64,000 bases of DNA from Utricularia gibba (lineage: Eukaryota; Plantae; Magnoliophyta), in the NCBI GenBank assembly GCA_002189035.1, contig CM007991.1, forward strand, positions 248,001-312,000. Reading direction: 5' to 3'. How positions within the stretch are numbered: position 1 is the stretch's first letter; each line of letters starts with the position of its first letter. This document shows positions 23,566-38,598 of this stretch, in pieces. The notes below the pieces were generated by a model, which was given only the letters and a program-made list of their open reading frames with translations, did no database searches and was not told the DNA's origin. A program made the position numbers and the translations under genes.

Positions 23566-25036
23566 TTCAAATCAATTTGAATTTTAATTTTAAACATTCT
23601 TTAATTAAATAGGAAAATAAATTTAAATGATCTCAAATCAATTTCAAGTTTTTTTGATCGATAAATTATCTCATTTAAAATAAATTAGAAGGGATTACTC
23701 TTTGGTGGCAGTAAAATCGTCTCATAAATACCCTGTAAATGATATTAGACGATGAATAAATGAATAAAATAATAAAAATTTATCTGTAGATAGAGATCGA
23801 CCGTACAATCTGAACCCCATTCCTTCCATTAACCCTGCGTCTGCACCTGTGGTTTTTTTCCCCTTCTTTCCCGCAGTGCTTTGGAGTCTGGGGAAGAATG
23901 AGCGGAGGGGATTGAGCCATCGAGGTTCCTTTTTATTATTTTAATATAAAATGAAGTGGTAATTAATTTCGTTTTCTGAAAATTATAAATATATATATAG
24001 ATGGTGTTCGTATCTCACTACAAGGACCAGGACCACTCTTCACGAGCTGGTGGGCGCTTCGGTCTACCCAAGCGGTGGCCGGTGGAGGTCACAAATTGCC
24101 ATTTTTTTAATTGAAAACATAACGTGCGATGGGTTCACCAGGAAGTTGCAAATGCTGACCGGGTCGTGTCGGGTCGCCCAAGGAGTATCCGAGCGGTGTC
24201 GCTAGGCTGTTTGATAGCGTAGACCGCGTCAGAGTCGCGCAAAACCCTAGGGCTGGAGGCTAGAGCATTATCGTAACTGGGCCTTAGGCCCATAACGACG
24301 CCGTGGCAGAAAACAGAATATTGGGCTCGTGCATTCATTTTTCTCATCATTTACAGTTACCTGTTAATGCTTTTGTGTTCAGTGAAAAAGAAGGTAAATA
24401 TTTCTTTAAATGGTGTTTAAAATGATAAAAAAACGTAAATAACTTGTACAAATTGTTCATTCGAATTTAATTTAACCCTTATTATGAACAATTAATGATC
24501 TAAAACAATTCTTGTGATTTTTTAAACACAGATTTTCAGAACATTAACTTCATTTTCTTTTTTACCGAACTGTAACTGTTCATAATAGTAAGATTACTAT
24601 TAGTACTGCCAGTTTTTTTTTAACCCAATAATATCTTCTTCTTTTTTCTTAACGTTAAATTGAACTGAACTTTTTATGCACAGAAAACGTTTGGACAGGA
24701 GGCCGTGTGGCACGAAGGGGTCGTAAAATCATTTATTCTCCATGGTCATCACATCAATGTCGGCCACTATAACAGACCCACAGAAGAAAAGCTCGCTCAG
24801 CTTGAAAACTATGAACAGCCGCACGATTATCTGGCTTGTTCACATTCACAGGTCACTAAATCATTGATTTTTGTCGTGAACACGCAAACAAAATGCCAAG
24901 GCACGGACTGTCGAAGCGACAAAAATGGTGAGGACACACCAAAACGTATTGGACGGGTTTCCATAAAACCAGAATTCAGAAAAGCGATTCAATCAGAGAC
25001 AACCCTGCCACTTGTAGGACTGAAGATAAGTTTAAT

Positions 25037-25076
25037 ATCCCACATCGGTTATTTAAAACCCATATTAATCTTTATA
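25037..25076 (+). promoter_or_regulatory. snRNA-type USE (ATCCCACATCG) plus TTTATA, 23-nt spacing (Pol III-like)
   Basis: USE at 25037-25047, TTTATA at 25071-25076, first T5 run at about 25200. Confidence 0.35.
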
Positions 25077-26298
25077 CCTGTTGGATATTTTAATGATGGT
25101 TGAAATAAAAATTTCAGTTAATAAAAATTGGATCTTTGGTAGGTGAGATTGAAACAAATTGGAGCTGAATCCCAAAAGGCCCATGCCGCATGGATGGACA
25201 TTTTTCTCTCGAACTAATTTTGGTGGTTGAAATATCGAGTTTTTTAGATTAGTGATTCGGTGAATCATAATAATACATGTGTGAAATTCAAATATATAAA
25301 AACGCTAATCACAAAAACCCAATTAATTAATTTTAGTCATAGAACATTACTTTTTTTTAAAGGGAATCATTATCTCTTTATTTTTTTTACATTGTTATTT
25401 AAAAAATATATATTAATGATTAAAAAAATCACAGGGGGGAGAGGGTAGGATTGAATTGTCTCAACTAATTTTCATATTTAATTAATATTAATTTACAATT
25501 TGTATATAATTGATCATTTTAATTGAATAGAATCAAACTTCTATGCCTTGTTTTTTCCTTTGTATATCAGTATGCCGTTCCATCCCCTTGTCCAAGTCCC
25601 CTCGTCGATCCGTGCGTTGTCCGTACGACCGCCGAGGGTGTTCCGCTTTGACTTCGCGTGGGGGTGGCGATTCTCTTGTAAGAAAAATCTAGTGCCTGAC
25701 GCGGCGACTGGTCGCCGACGTGTACTTCGGGGAATACATTTCGTACAATTGGTGGACCCCACAAAATCATGAAATAATAATATTGTTCATGATGAAAATG
25801 AATAGGATGGCACAAACGTCCAAAATGCTCGTGAACTTCAATTTTGGTGAAATTCGAAATGAAATATTTTGAAATTTCTTCAAAATTTGGCCATTTCTTT
25901 TTTTAATAAATATTTTTAGGTTTTATTTTAAAAATAGTTTTGTAGAACACCCATAATTTTATTTTTAAGAAAATGAAAATAATTTGCGAAAATTTTTATT
26001 CAATTGTTGCGCATCTGACGAATGGTGGGTACAGCCGTACAGGATCGAAGTAACCAATGGGAAGATCACACGTGGCGTAGAATAGTCCACACGAATTTAG
26101 GAGATTTCTACGTTATTTCTCATAACTGAATTTGTCAAATTCGAATTCCTCTGTATATTATTTATTATGCTGGTAGTTCCTCTGTTTCCTCCACTTCAGT
26201 CTCTGCTGCCCTCCCATATCTCATAACTCCCGGTGAACGAGAGTCAGGCGCAGGGATAACAGAAGCCGGGTCGATTGCACCGCCGCTGGGAACTCTCT

Positions 26299-26795
26299 AT
26301 GGGGAGGGCGCGGGTCTTTTTTATGAAACGCCGCATCTCAACTCTTTTCCGGCGAGTTTTCCGACGCCGAAGCCTCTCAAAAGCATATATCCGTCTAGAG
26401 CCGCCGCAAGAACCTGACGTCACCACCCTTTCGAACCTCATCAGTCGCCTGAGAACCACGGTGAAAGCTGTCCTGACCCGGAAATATCTTCTACCAGTCC
26501 CGAAACACACCCGGCCCCGGTTACCTGACCGGCTCCGAAAGGGCATGTACCCGTTCATGTGGGGCGGAAAAACGGCGACTTTGAGAAGGTTTTTGTGCCG
26601 GTCGTGTACTTGAATCACCCCTTGTTCGGGGATTTGCTCAAGGAATCCGAAAAGGAGTTCGGGTTTCATCATCCGGGTGGAATAACCATACCCTGCCGGA
26701 TCTCCGAGTTCGAGTCGGTTCGAACCCGGATCGAAGCTGTTCAGAGGTATGACAAGGTGTGGACATGGAAGAGGAGGATGTGTAAACAATATTGA
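26299..26795 (+). CDS. SAUR36: Auxin-responsive SAUR protein, SAUR36-like; one apparent frameshift at about 26528
   Basis: After a 1-nt correction: PAPKGHVPVHVGRKNGDFEKVFVPVVYLNHPLFGDLLKESEKEFGFHHPGGITIPCRISEFESV. Confidence 0.88.
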
Positions 26796-27160
26796 AAGCC
26801 CCAAGATTGTGATGACGACGAATATTTTTATCTTTTTTCCTTTTTTCAAAGTAGTAAGAATTTTACAATGCTTCTTTTCCTTTATTCATAAGTGTTTTAT
26901 TTTTTTTAAAGATAAAAAATTAGAAATATTTAGTTTTAAAGTATAAGATCAAAATGAAATCTAATCAATTGAATGAATAAATTATTTTTTATTTTAATTA
27001 TTAATATCTGATAAATTCATTATTTTATTCTTATTTTCAATGGAATGGAAAAGTATGTGTTGGATGGAAGGTCTAGACCGTGATCCTTTTATTTGGGAAG
27101 TTGATTCCAACATAGTGAAACCAACCCCGAATGGGAGCAAAAAATTGCAAAACAACACAC

Positions 27161-29312
27161 TCACAGGCCGGCATTGTACGGCACACCCGTCCCCGGCAAC
27201 CACGAGTTCCGCCGATGAAGTTCGCCACCGTGAACTGACCCGCCTCCGACGAGCTTGTTATCACGTGATACCCCTTCCACTTAACCCGATTCGCGGTCGA
27301 CGAACCCGCCCCGTTGTTACTGTACTCCCCATAATATAAGGTATTCAAAGCAAAATTACCATCCCATGCCAGCCATCCCGCCGGATCAATCAAGCCACCC
27401 AAAGTCGATTCCAAGAAGACCGTACGAGAATATTGCTTCCACGGCCGTCCCAGATACGTACGGACACCGGAAAGATCGGTGGCTTGGCTGACGACGCAGT
27501 TTTGGATCGAAATTCCGGTGTTTTGGTTGGGGTCGGTGCGGCCTTGCGCCGTGATGGTATTAGTGTTGGAAAGTGGCCTTCTGGCGTAAATGTTGCAGTT
27601 TTGGAACACGGCGGCGCGTTGCCGAAGATGAAATCGACGGTGCCGTAGATGTTGCATTGCCGGTAGAACTGTCGGTTGGAGTAGACATAGATCGTGTCTT
27701 GGTTACCTTCGATGCTGCACAGGTAGAAAACCGATCTGTCCGAACCGGATCGAACCGCCACGGCTTGGTGGTTGCTCAGTGGGGCGGTGTTTCGAAAGCT
27801 GATGCCCTTGCCGATGAATCCCGCTCCCACGACCGCTGCAATTTAGGTATACCAATTTCCGTAAAGGATTTAAAAAATATCAAAAAATATTATTTAATTT
27901 ATAAATTTATTTATTCACATTTTTTTTTCAAATTTAAATCATTATTTGCAATGAAATTAAAATCTTAAGCAGACAGAGCGACCCTATGCGTATGAAATAA
28001 ATATTCTAGAAATAGCAATAAATTTGTCTTAAGAATCTATGCAGTAAAATGATGCCACTTGGACGCTGCCTACTTTTATTATATTTATTTTCTTAATTAA
28101 TTGAATTGACTTTTCACTACCGTATTTATAAAAAGTCAACCTGTAATCGGAGTTGATGGATTTTCCAAGGGAACTACGTTGACTTACCAAACGTGGCGGA
28201 ATTGAAGGTGGAGGAGCCGCCGCCGACGCTCCTGCTTCCGGTGATGATCGTTTTCCCGATCCCGTCGCCGACCATCATGATGTTCGTCAAACCGGAACCA
28301 ATATTTACATACTCGTTGTACGTACCTTGCTTCACATAAATCACCAATCTTTTGCTTCCCGCCCTTTTAGCGGCGGCGGCTACCCCTTCATTCACCGTCC
28401 TGTAGTTGCCGGATCCGTCTTGGGCCACAACGATGTCGGCGGCGGGATTTGGCGATTGCAGCAACTTCCGGTCCCCTTTCGAGACCCAGCTGGGGAACTC
28501 TTGGTCGTGGCTTGCGCTTGTTTCCTCGTAGTGGCTGCCCTCGTTCACGGCGAGTGCATTGCTGAGCAAATTCCGTCCATCCTCGAGGCTTATCGGAAAA
28601 CTGTTTCCATTGCTCTCGGCCTCGAGCAATCCGTCTTTGCATGTTTCGATGTTCGTGAGGGCCGTGCTCAACCACGTTTGAGCGTCCGTAGCCGTAGGGT
28701 TTAGCTATCCAGATAATATTTTTTATCAGATGATGTTTTCCACACGGGCTTTGAAGTTTGAATACATAAAAAAGCGGACACGGGGACACGACTTCAATGA
28801 AATATGAGCATGATGAATGACGTTAAGCACAGTATATGCAATATGTACAAGTGTGAAAAAAGCTGCACTAACGCCAAACCCAATTCTGCACAAAAAAAAG
28901 AACGAAACCCCAATACAGAAAAAAAAATGCTCTTCATTTGACCCATCTCGCAGAGATTCATGATTACCTTTTGATCAAGGCTCTTGCCGATATGCTCGAC
29001 AGTGCTCTCGTAGAGCTCGATGCAATCCTCCCAGGCGACCTGTTCCCTTTTGCTCAGGCGGGTACGGTCAGCACCATGCAAACCCCTTTGGGCCTGGATG
29101 TAGTGATCAAATGCTATGTTTGCGCAGAGCTTGAAGAATTCGGATTTTTCATTGATGGGGATATGGTACTTAGGGTTGCTTGAAACGAAGCGTTCGCAGG
29201 TTTCTTTCCACGGCGTGTGCCGGCACCATGCGGCGGATGACTCGCCGGAGAAGGCCGGGGAGACCCAGCAAGTAGAGATTAGTAGAAGAGTTAGTAGATT
29301 GATTCTTGCCAT
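27161..29312 (-). CDS. Pectinesterase with PMEI pro-domain (PME17-like)
   Basis: Exons 29312-28968, 28704-28188 and 27835-27161. Signal peptide, [43 protein letters not shown] and YLGRPWK. Apparent frameshifts at about 27615 and 27205. Confidence 0.92.
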
Positions 29313-31386
29313 AGTCCGTTTTGTTGCAGGCTTTCTCGACTGAACTTTATATAGACTACAGAGAAACCAAAAAGATTAATATTTAACTCCTACTTCACAT
29401 CAGTGTTAGGTTTACTTTCCAAATAATTGTATTGAATAGTAATAATTATTTGTCCAAATATTATAACTGGTTTTTTAATATTAATATATATCTACACTAC
29501 TTAAAACGGGTAAAATTGATTCCCCATATTTTTATAAATAATTTAATAAAAATAATCTTTACTATTTCGAAAAAATAGTAAAATTGATTTTTATAATCAA
29601 ATTCTAATTTTTCTCCCAATGATAAAATTTGGAGTAAAAATTAGACTTTGATAAAGGAGAGTTATTTTGACATTTTTGCATAACAGTGAGAAATTCAATT
29701 TGAAAATTAATTTTATTATAAAATAAAACGTGAAGAATTAAATATGTCCGGTTTTCAAATAGTAAAATTAATTATACATAATATTCAAATAATATGGGTC
29801 AATTATGTTGGAATTAGAAAATAATGAAGATTAATTTTATTCGATACGTTAAACTTTGAATAGTAAAAAAATTCAATACGCCAAAGAGTGATTATCAATT
29901 ATGCGAATAAGGACTAAACAGATCATTTTGGTAAATGTCATGGACTTTTGACACCAAATCCCATTTATTTACTTATTTATTTAATATACTAATACCATTT
30001 AGGATTAGGACATAGGAACCCCATGCTGTGTGATCATGATTTTATACAAAGTTTATTTTACAAGGTTATTAACACAACAATCATACAAATAAACACCAAT
30101 TTACTTTAAACATGTTACTAACGACAAATATTTAATCTTTCGGACAATTATTTTCTTGTATAAAGTTGCGATATTCCTTGTATCATAAGCATGTAACCAA
30201 GATTTAGTTATGTCATGGGGTCAAGAGATTAAGATTTTCAAATGCGTAGGGCTTAATTGTCAATTAAGGGCGATGTTATTGCCTGCCGGAAAGGGCTTCA
30301 AGCATGGCAACTATCATTAAGGAAATCGATGACTCCATCTGCTCAATAATGGCATTCAAAAACCTAGGCCATGCTTGAGATGTTTCAAAGTACTGCAGCA
30401 GGAATTTTTTCATGTATCAGGGGGTGGTATTATTCGAAATTATAAGAACGCGTTTGGTTGGTGATACGGGTTTTGGTAATACGAGAGTATCGTACTTTGG
30501 TTTTTATGTTATTTGGTACAATATAATGAGATGAGTGTTTGTAAACACCACAGTGATAAAATTGTGCAAATTTGGAATACAACAAATAGAAAGAATATGT
30601 AAATTCGTATGAAAAGAAAAAATATAAAATCATGATAGATTAGATTAAATGGACAACAAACAATGTTTCTCTGTCATAGTCATATCATAATGAATAAACT
30701 TGCATTATAAATTTATTTATTCAAGATTTATTATTTTACTAATTAATTTGGGGTACTATGTAGCAATATAGAAAACTTAAAATATTTTAAAAATAAAAAT
30801 TATTATTTAAATAAATAAAACGGGCCTCTGACCTTCAATTGGTCCATCCATCCATCCTAGACATTCTAAGATTTGGGTGTTTAGATAAAAAATTACTATC
30901 CAACTTAGTCATGTACATGAGTTGTAGCGAATATAATTTAGAATTGAATCTATGATTTTGAAGACACTGAATTTTAAATTAAATTGGTATGATATAAATA
31001 TAATTATTTAAATTTCGATAATTTACTCATTTAACACATATTAATGATTTACTGATTTGGAAATATTAGAATATTTTATTTTACATTCAGCAATTAATGT
31101 TAATACGTTACGAAGTAGTTTTCGGAATAAAAGCATTTCTTTTTTAACTGATAATAATATTATATTTTTTACTTGGGTTTTTTTAACATTAATTTTTTTT
31201 CAATGGTATTTTTTAATATTAAAATAAAATGCAAAATAGAAGATTGACAAGTAGGAGTGGAAGTAGCAAATCCTCTTCCATAGTCCATACAGGTGCTTAC
31301 GTTCCTTCCTCGCGACAGGGGCAGGACTCTGGAGAGCCCTAAGCCTGAATTGTTCGGAGTCCAGGTACGGTGCAGTGGTTGAACAG

Positions 31387-34300
31387 ATGGCAGGTGAATC
31401 AGGGTCGGCGCAAAGTGCGACTCTGGCGTGTGCAAAATGCGGAAAACCTGCTCATTTTCAGTATGCTTCTCAGGCATTCATTATGTTGGGTTCCCTCTTG
31501 GGGTCGTGTTGGGATGGGGTTATTTGATCGTGATTCATTACTCTGATCCGCTAGAAAGGGGCGCTTTTTTGAGTTTCTTTGTCGATTTTCACTAGCAGAT
31601 CAATGCAAGATCGAAATTTGCTTTGCCCTATTAAAGAAAATTAGAAACTTTGATTTGGGAGGAGCAAAGTCGTAATATTGGATGCTTCTTTTTATTCTTT
31701 TTATTTTTTTATAGATGCCCGAAGTGTGTTGAACAAAAAATTCCCCGTGAAGATGCTGCCTTCTGGTACGTTAATATGGGTTCGTTACATTTCACTGTTA
31801 TTACTGAGCCTCAAGTTTTCTCGGGTAAATTTGAAACTTAACGTGGGTGGGCGATTAATTTATCATTTCTAATGGATTTTATGTGCATTGAACGCCTCTT
31901 GATACCAGGTTTTTTATCTTGCAGTTCTCAAGATTGCTTCAAGGCATCTTGGAGTTCACACAAGTCTGTTCACCTGAAGGCAAAATCTTCTTCCCCTGTA
32001 GCTGAAAGGAAAGGAGATCAGAATCACAGCGATCCCAGTGATGGGTGGTTATATTGCTTAAGAAAAGGGCAGGGGCGGACACCTAAACTTCCACACTTCG
32101 ATTGGACAGGGTACTAGTCACTTCCATCTTCCCTTTGTGTGTTGCCTAATTTTTCTTCAGTAGTCTACATGAGTTGAAAGAGCCACATTTAGTGGCCAGT
32201 TGCTGAATTTATTCTGGAGTGCAAAATTGTTATGTTAAAATTTCTGTCTTCAGTTTACAGCATATCTGCCTTCATATGTTCGAAACGTGGCTGAGCAATA
32301 ATTTTCTTGAACTGTTGTTTTACTTCAGACCATTAAGACCATATCCAATATCAAAAAGGCGGCTGGTACCAGATTATATTGAGCAGCCTGACTGGGCCAT
32401 CGATGTGAGTATTCATCTTTTAAATATTTGAGGAATCCTTGAGAATATGGGGATCCAAGATTATTGAATTATTCTATCTGGTTGGATGTGACGTTTGTTT
32501 AATCAGGGAATACCAAAAATTGAACTCAACAGCCACTTGCAGCATATTGTTGAGGTTTTTTTTTTTTTTTGAACATGTTGCATTATTTTTGTCATTCTGA
32601 AAGACTGACACTTGAAACCTTGTTCCTCCTCCTCGAAGATTAAAACTCCTGATCAAATTCAGAGAATGCGTGAGACATGCAGAGTAAGTCACCTATTGCT
32701 CCGAACAGAAAGTTTTATAAACTTTTAGCAGATTTGCAACAGAAAACATATGAGATTGTGTTCCAGTCCCATTATTTAAATTTCAGTGTGCTATGATTTT
32801 TACTCTAGATATGGTTACGTTGTCTCTTACAGATTGCAAGGGAAGTTCTGGATGCTGCTGCTCGTATCATTCGTCCTGGAATTACTACAGATGAAATTGA
32901 TGCTGTAGTACATGATGCAACTATTGCTGCTGGTATCATTCATTCGCAGCCTTTCCAGCTACATTAAACTATCTAAATTACTCTCTATATCTGGTAGCAT
33001 GAAGTAGTTTTTGATAGTAGTTTGGGTGAATTTTGTCGATAATAATTTTTTTATGGAAGATTTCCTGCAAAACAGAAGCTGGTATGTGATGCACTGAATG
33101 GGCCATATAGAATTTATGATAGTGGAGTTGGAATGAACTGACAGTAAGAATATATTTACTATGACTATGATACATTGACTGATAGTCATGAAATAGATTT
33201 AGATAACCCTCTTCAGAATAGAATATATTTTGTCTATGGCTATTTGATTTTCTATAATCTGAAACCGTGCAGGAGGATATCCCTCTCCACTGAATTATCA
33301 CTTTTTCCCCAAATCTTGCTGCACGTAGGTACTTGTTAACTTTTTTCATCTCATTTTGTATTCTCTTATCTCCATGTAATTTGGAAAAATGTTATTTTGT
33401 TTTCGTCAGGTCTGTAAATGAAGTAATTTGTCATGGCATCCCAGATGCAAGGTACCTTATAAACTCAAGCTTGTGATTTGCAATGATGCTTGAAGGCATT
33501 AGTTTTTCAGGCTCTTGAATGAATATTTTATTGTCTTGCGAATTTGAATCATCAAACTCAGCTTTTTTCTTTCAGAATCCATTTCTCCGCTTTAAAACCC
33601 CTTGAAGTGATTCTTGCAACCTGTTATGGCTTACTTGTGAGCTTTTGACTACTCAGGAAATTGGAGGACGGTGACATTGTTAATGTTGACGTTACAGTGT
33701 GTTTCAAAGGGGTTCATGGTAAGCAAGATGTATAGTCCTTTGGAGTTGTTCGTGGCTTCAAGATTGACATTTAATTCTTTTTCCATGTCGATTTCCAGGT
33801 GACTTAAACGAGACTTTCTTCGTGGGTGATGTTGATGAAGCATCTCTACGATTGGTCCAATCCTCTTATGAATGCTTAGAGAAAGCAATAGCAATAGGTG
33901 AGGGTGCAAACACATTCCTTAAGTTCTACTCCTTCCACAACCCCCTCATTTTCAGTACTTGTCTCATGGGGCAACGTTTCTAATATCCTTGCCAGTTAAA
34001 CCTGGAGTCCGGTTTCGGGAAGTAGGGGAGGTTATCAATCGCCATGCTACTATGTCAGGATTCTCTGTGGTGAATATTTCATTGCTTCTTCACTTCCCAT
34101 TGATTGTTTAGTTAATGCTCGACATGGTATAAGCACATTCTTTGTTATGAACCTCAGGTGAAATCATACTGCGGCCATGGTATTGGGGAGCTTTTCCATT
34201 GCGCACCTAATATTCCGCATTATGCCCGTATCCTCACAGAAGTTCATGTCTACTATCTTTGCATAAATTTTTTATTATGAGAGCAGCTTTAAATGTTTCT

Positions 34301-34782
34301 CTGTATGATCATTCGTGTCATTGGATCTAAATGAACCTTAGCGCACATATAGGAAATAAAGCTGTCGGAGTGATGAAGGCTGGCCAGACGTTTACAATAG
34401 AACCAATGATTAATTCTGGTACTTGGTTACGGTTTCACTCGTTGTTCTCAGTGTCTATACCGGATTTGAAGTTAATTCATATTCAGACAGACTTCTTGAT
34501 GTCTACATTCATCTGTTGTATCACCTCTTGGTAGGAGTGTGGCGTGATCGAATGTGGCCAGATGGCTGGACTGCGGTAACTGCAGATGGGAAACGAAGCG
34601 CTCAATTTGAACACACCCTCCTGGTAATGGGTTGTATTCGACATCAAGATTCCATTTTTCGTATTCTGTATCTCGACCTGATGTTTGCGGGATACCGTAC
34701 TCAGGTGACGGATACTGGAGTCGAAGTTCTCACGGCACGCCTGCCATCTTCGCCGAAGGTCTTTCCATGGCTGAATTCATGA
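31387..34782 (+). CDS. MAP1A: Methionine aminopeptidase 1A (zinc finger plus M24 domain), many small exons
   Basis: [15 protein letters not shown]...[82 protein letters not shown] and [10 protein letters not shown]. Confidence 0.95.
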
Positions 34783-35175
34783 TTTTGTGTCCGTTGAGGT
34801 TCATTTGAAGAGATCAGTCGGCTTCTGTTTCCCAGATAAAGGAGTGTTGTTGACCAACCACCGTTTGAGAACTTACTTCGGTACAAGACTCAGTTTATAA
34901 AATTATACACACAACATCTTCATTTATCATGTGAGGTGAAAGGTGATTAGAAAACAAGTTGCAGAGTACCGTTAGTTGAAGAGGGGTTGGTGGGGATCCT
35001 GAATAACAACACTTGATCCCATTCCCGCAAACTCCAAACGCCTACCTACCCATTCTCACCAACAATTTGGTTGGAATTTTCCGAACTCCCACGGCCTGAA
35101 AAAGGCCACTTTCCGAACCAAATCTACCGTTTCCTTTTCTGATTAGTCGCTGTGTCCCCTTGTCCTTGCAAAGAA

Positions 35176-37672
<2,497 letters not shown>

Positions 37673-38598
37673 ATGCGGTATCCTCCATTGCAAGCTTCAG
37701 TGTTTCTTGTCTTCCCTGTAATGATACAAAAAAGATGAAGTTTTTGGTCTGTGTTGGAGCATTGGCAGTTTCAGTTCGACATAACAAACATGCATCTTTA
37801 CAACCTTCCCTTGCGAGCAACAGAAATGTTGAGATCTCACATCTCTTCTTCCGCAAACACCCAGAGACCCGAATGTGTACTCCCTTGGTACGCATATAGT
37901 CCTCTTCTGCGGACTGCGGTAAAGGTACGGGATGCGATAGGCAACACGGCGATCCTGCGTCGAACTCCTCGATACGTCGGATCATCTGGATAAGTTTTCC
38001 ATTTACGGATATCACTGCTTCCAGAACAACAAGAACATTGTAGCATACACTGTTGAGGAGCAGTCCACATTTTCATGTATATTCAATATTATAAAAAAAT
38101 AATAAATATTTTAAATATTTTTTAAATATGTTTCAATTTTGGACAGTTGAACCAATAAGGAATCTTGCCAAATCTTAGGCCACAGTTGATTGGACAAAGG
38201 GGAATATGCCGGTTTAATTTTGTAAGAATTCAAAATTTTGTAAAATGTTTTTTTTAAAAAAATAAAATAATTAAAATTTTATAAATAATACATTCTAAAT
38301 ACTGAAAATATGGAAAGTCGGTGTTTTTTTTATTATTCTTGTACAGGTTTTTCAATATGAGGCGAGGCTCCACTGCAACGTGATGTCCAAATCCTTTTTT
38401 CCCCTTCACTCGCTTTCGGACAGACCTCTGCCTCCAACCCCCATCTCTGTCTTCCTTTTTGCTTCTCTTTCTATCTCAAGAGGCCAGGAGGGGAGGACGC
38501 ATTCATTCATTGCATCTCGTTTTTTCGGGTTGGTGTTGTGGGAACTGCGCCTGCGCCCAGTGAGTTCTGTTCTGTTCTGGGCACTGCGTTGTCGGCAC

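Noticed and set aside
24125-24240. Scattered resemblance of the - strand to 5.8S rRNA motifs (GACTCT, TAGCGA, GATAC, GTGAAC-CATCG)
   Set aside because: Spacing and intervening sequence do not align, and there is no flanking rDNA; probably coincidence.
24705-25103. 132-aa + strand ORF
   Set aside because: GTG start, no motif and no splice context.
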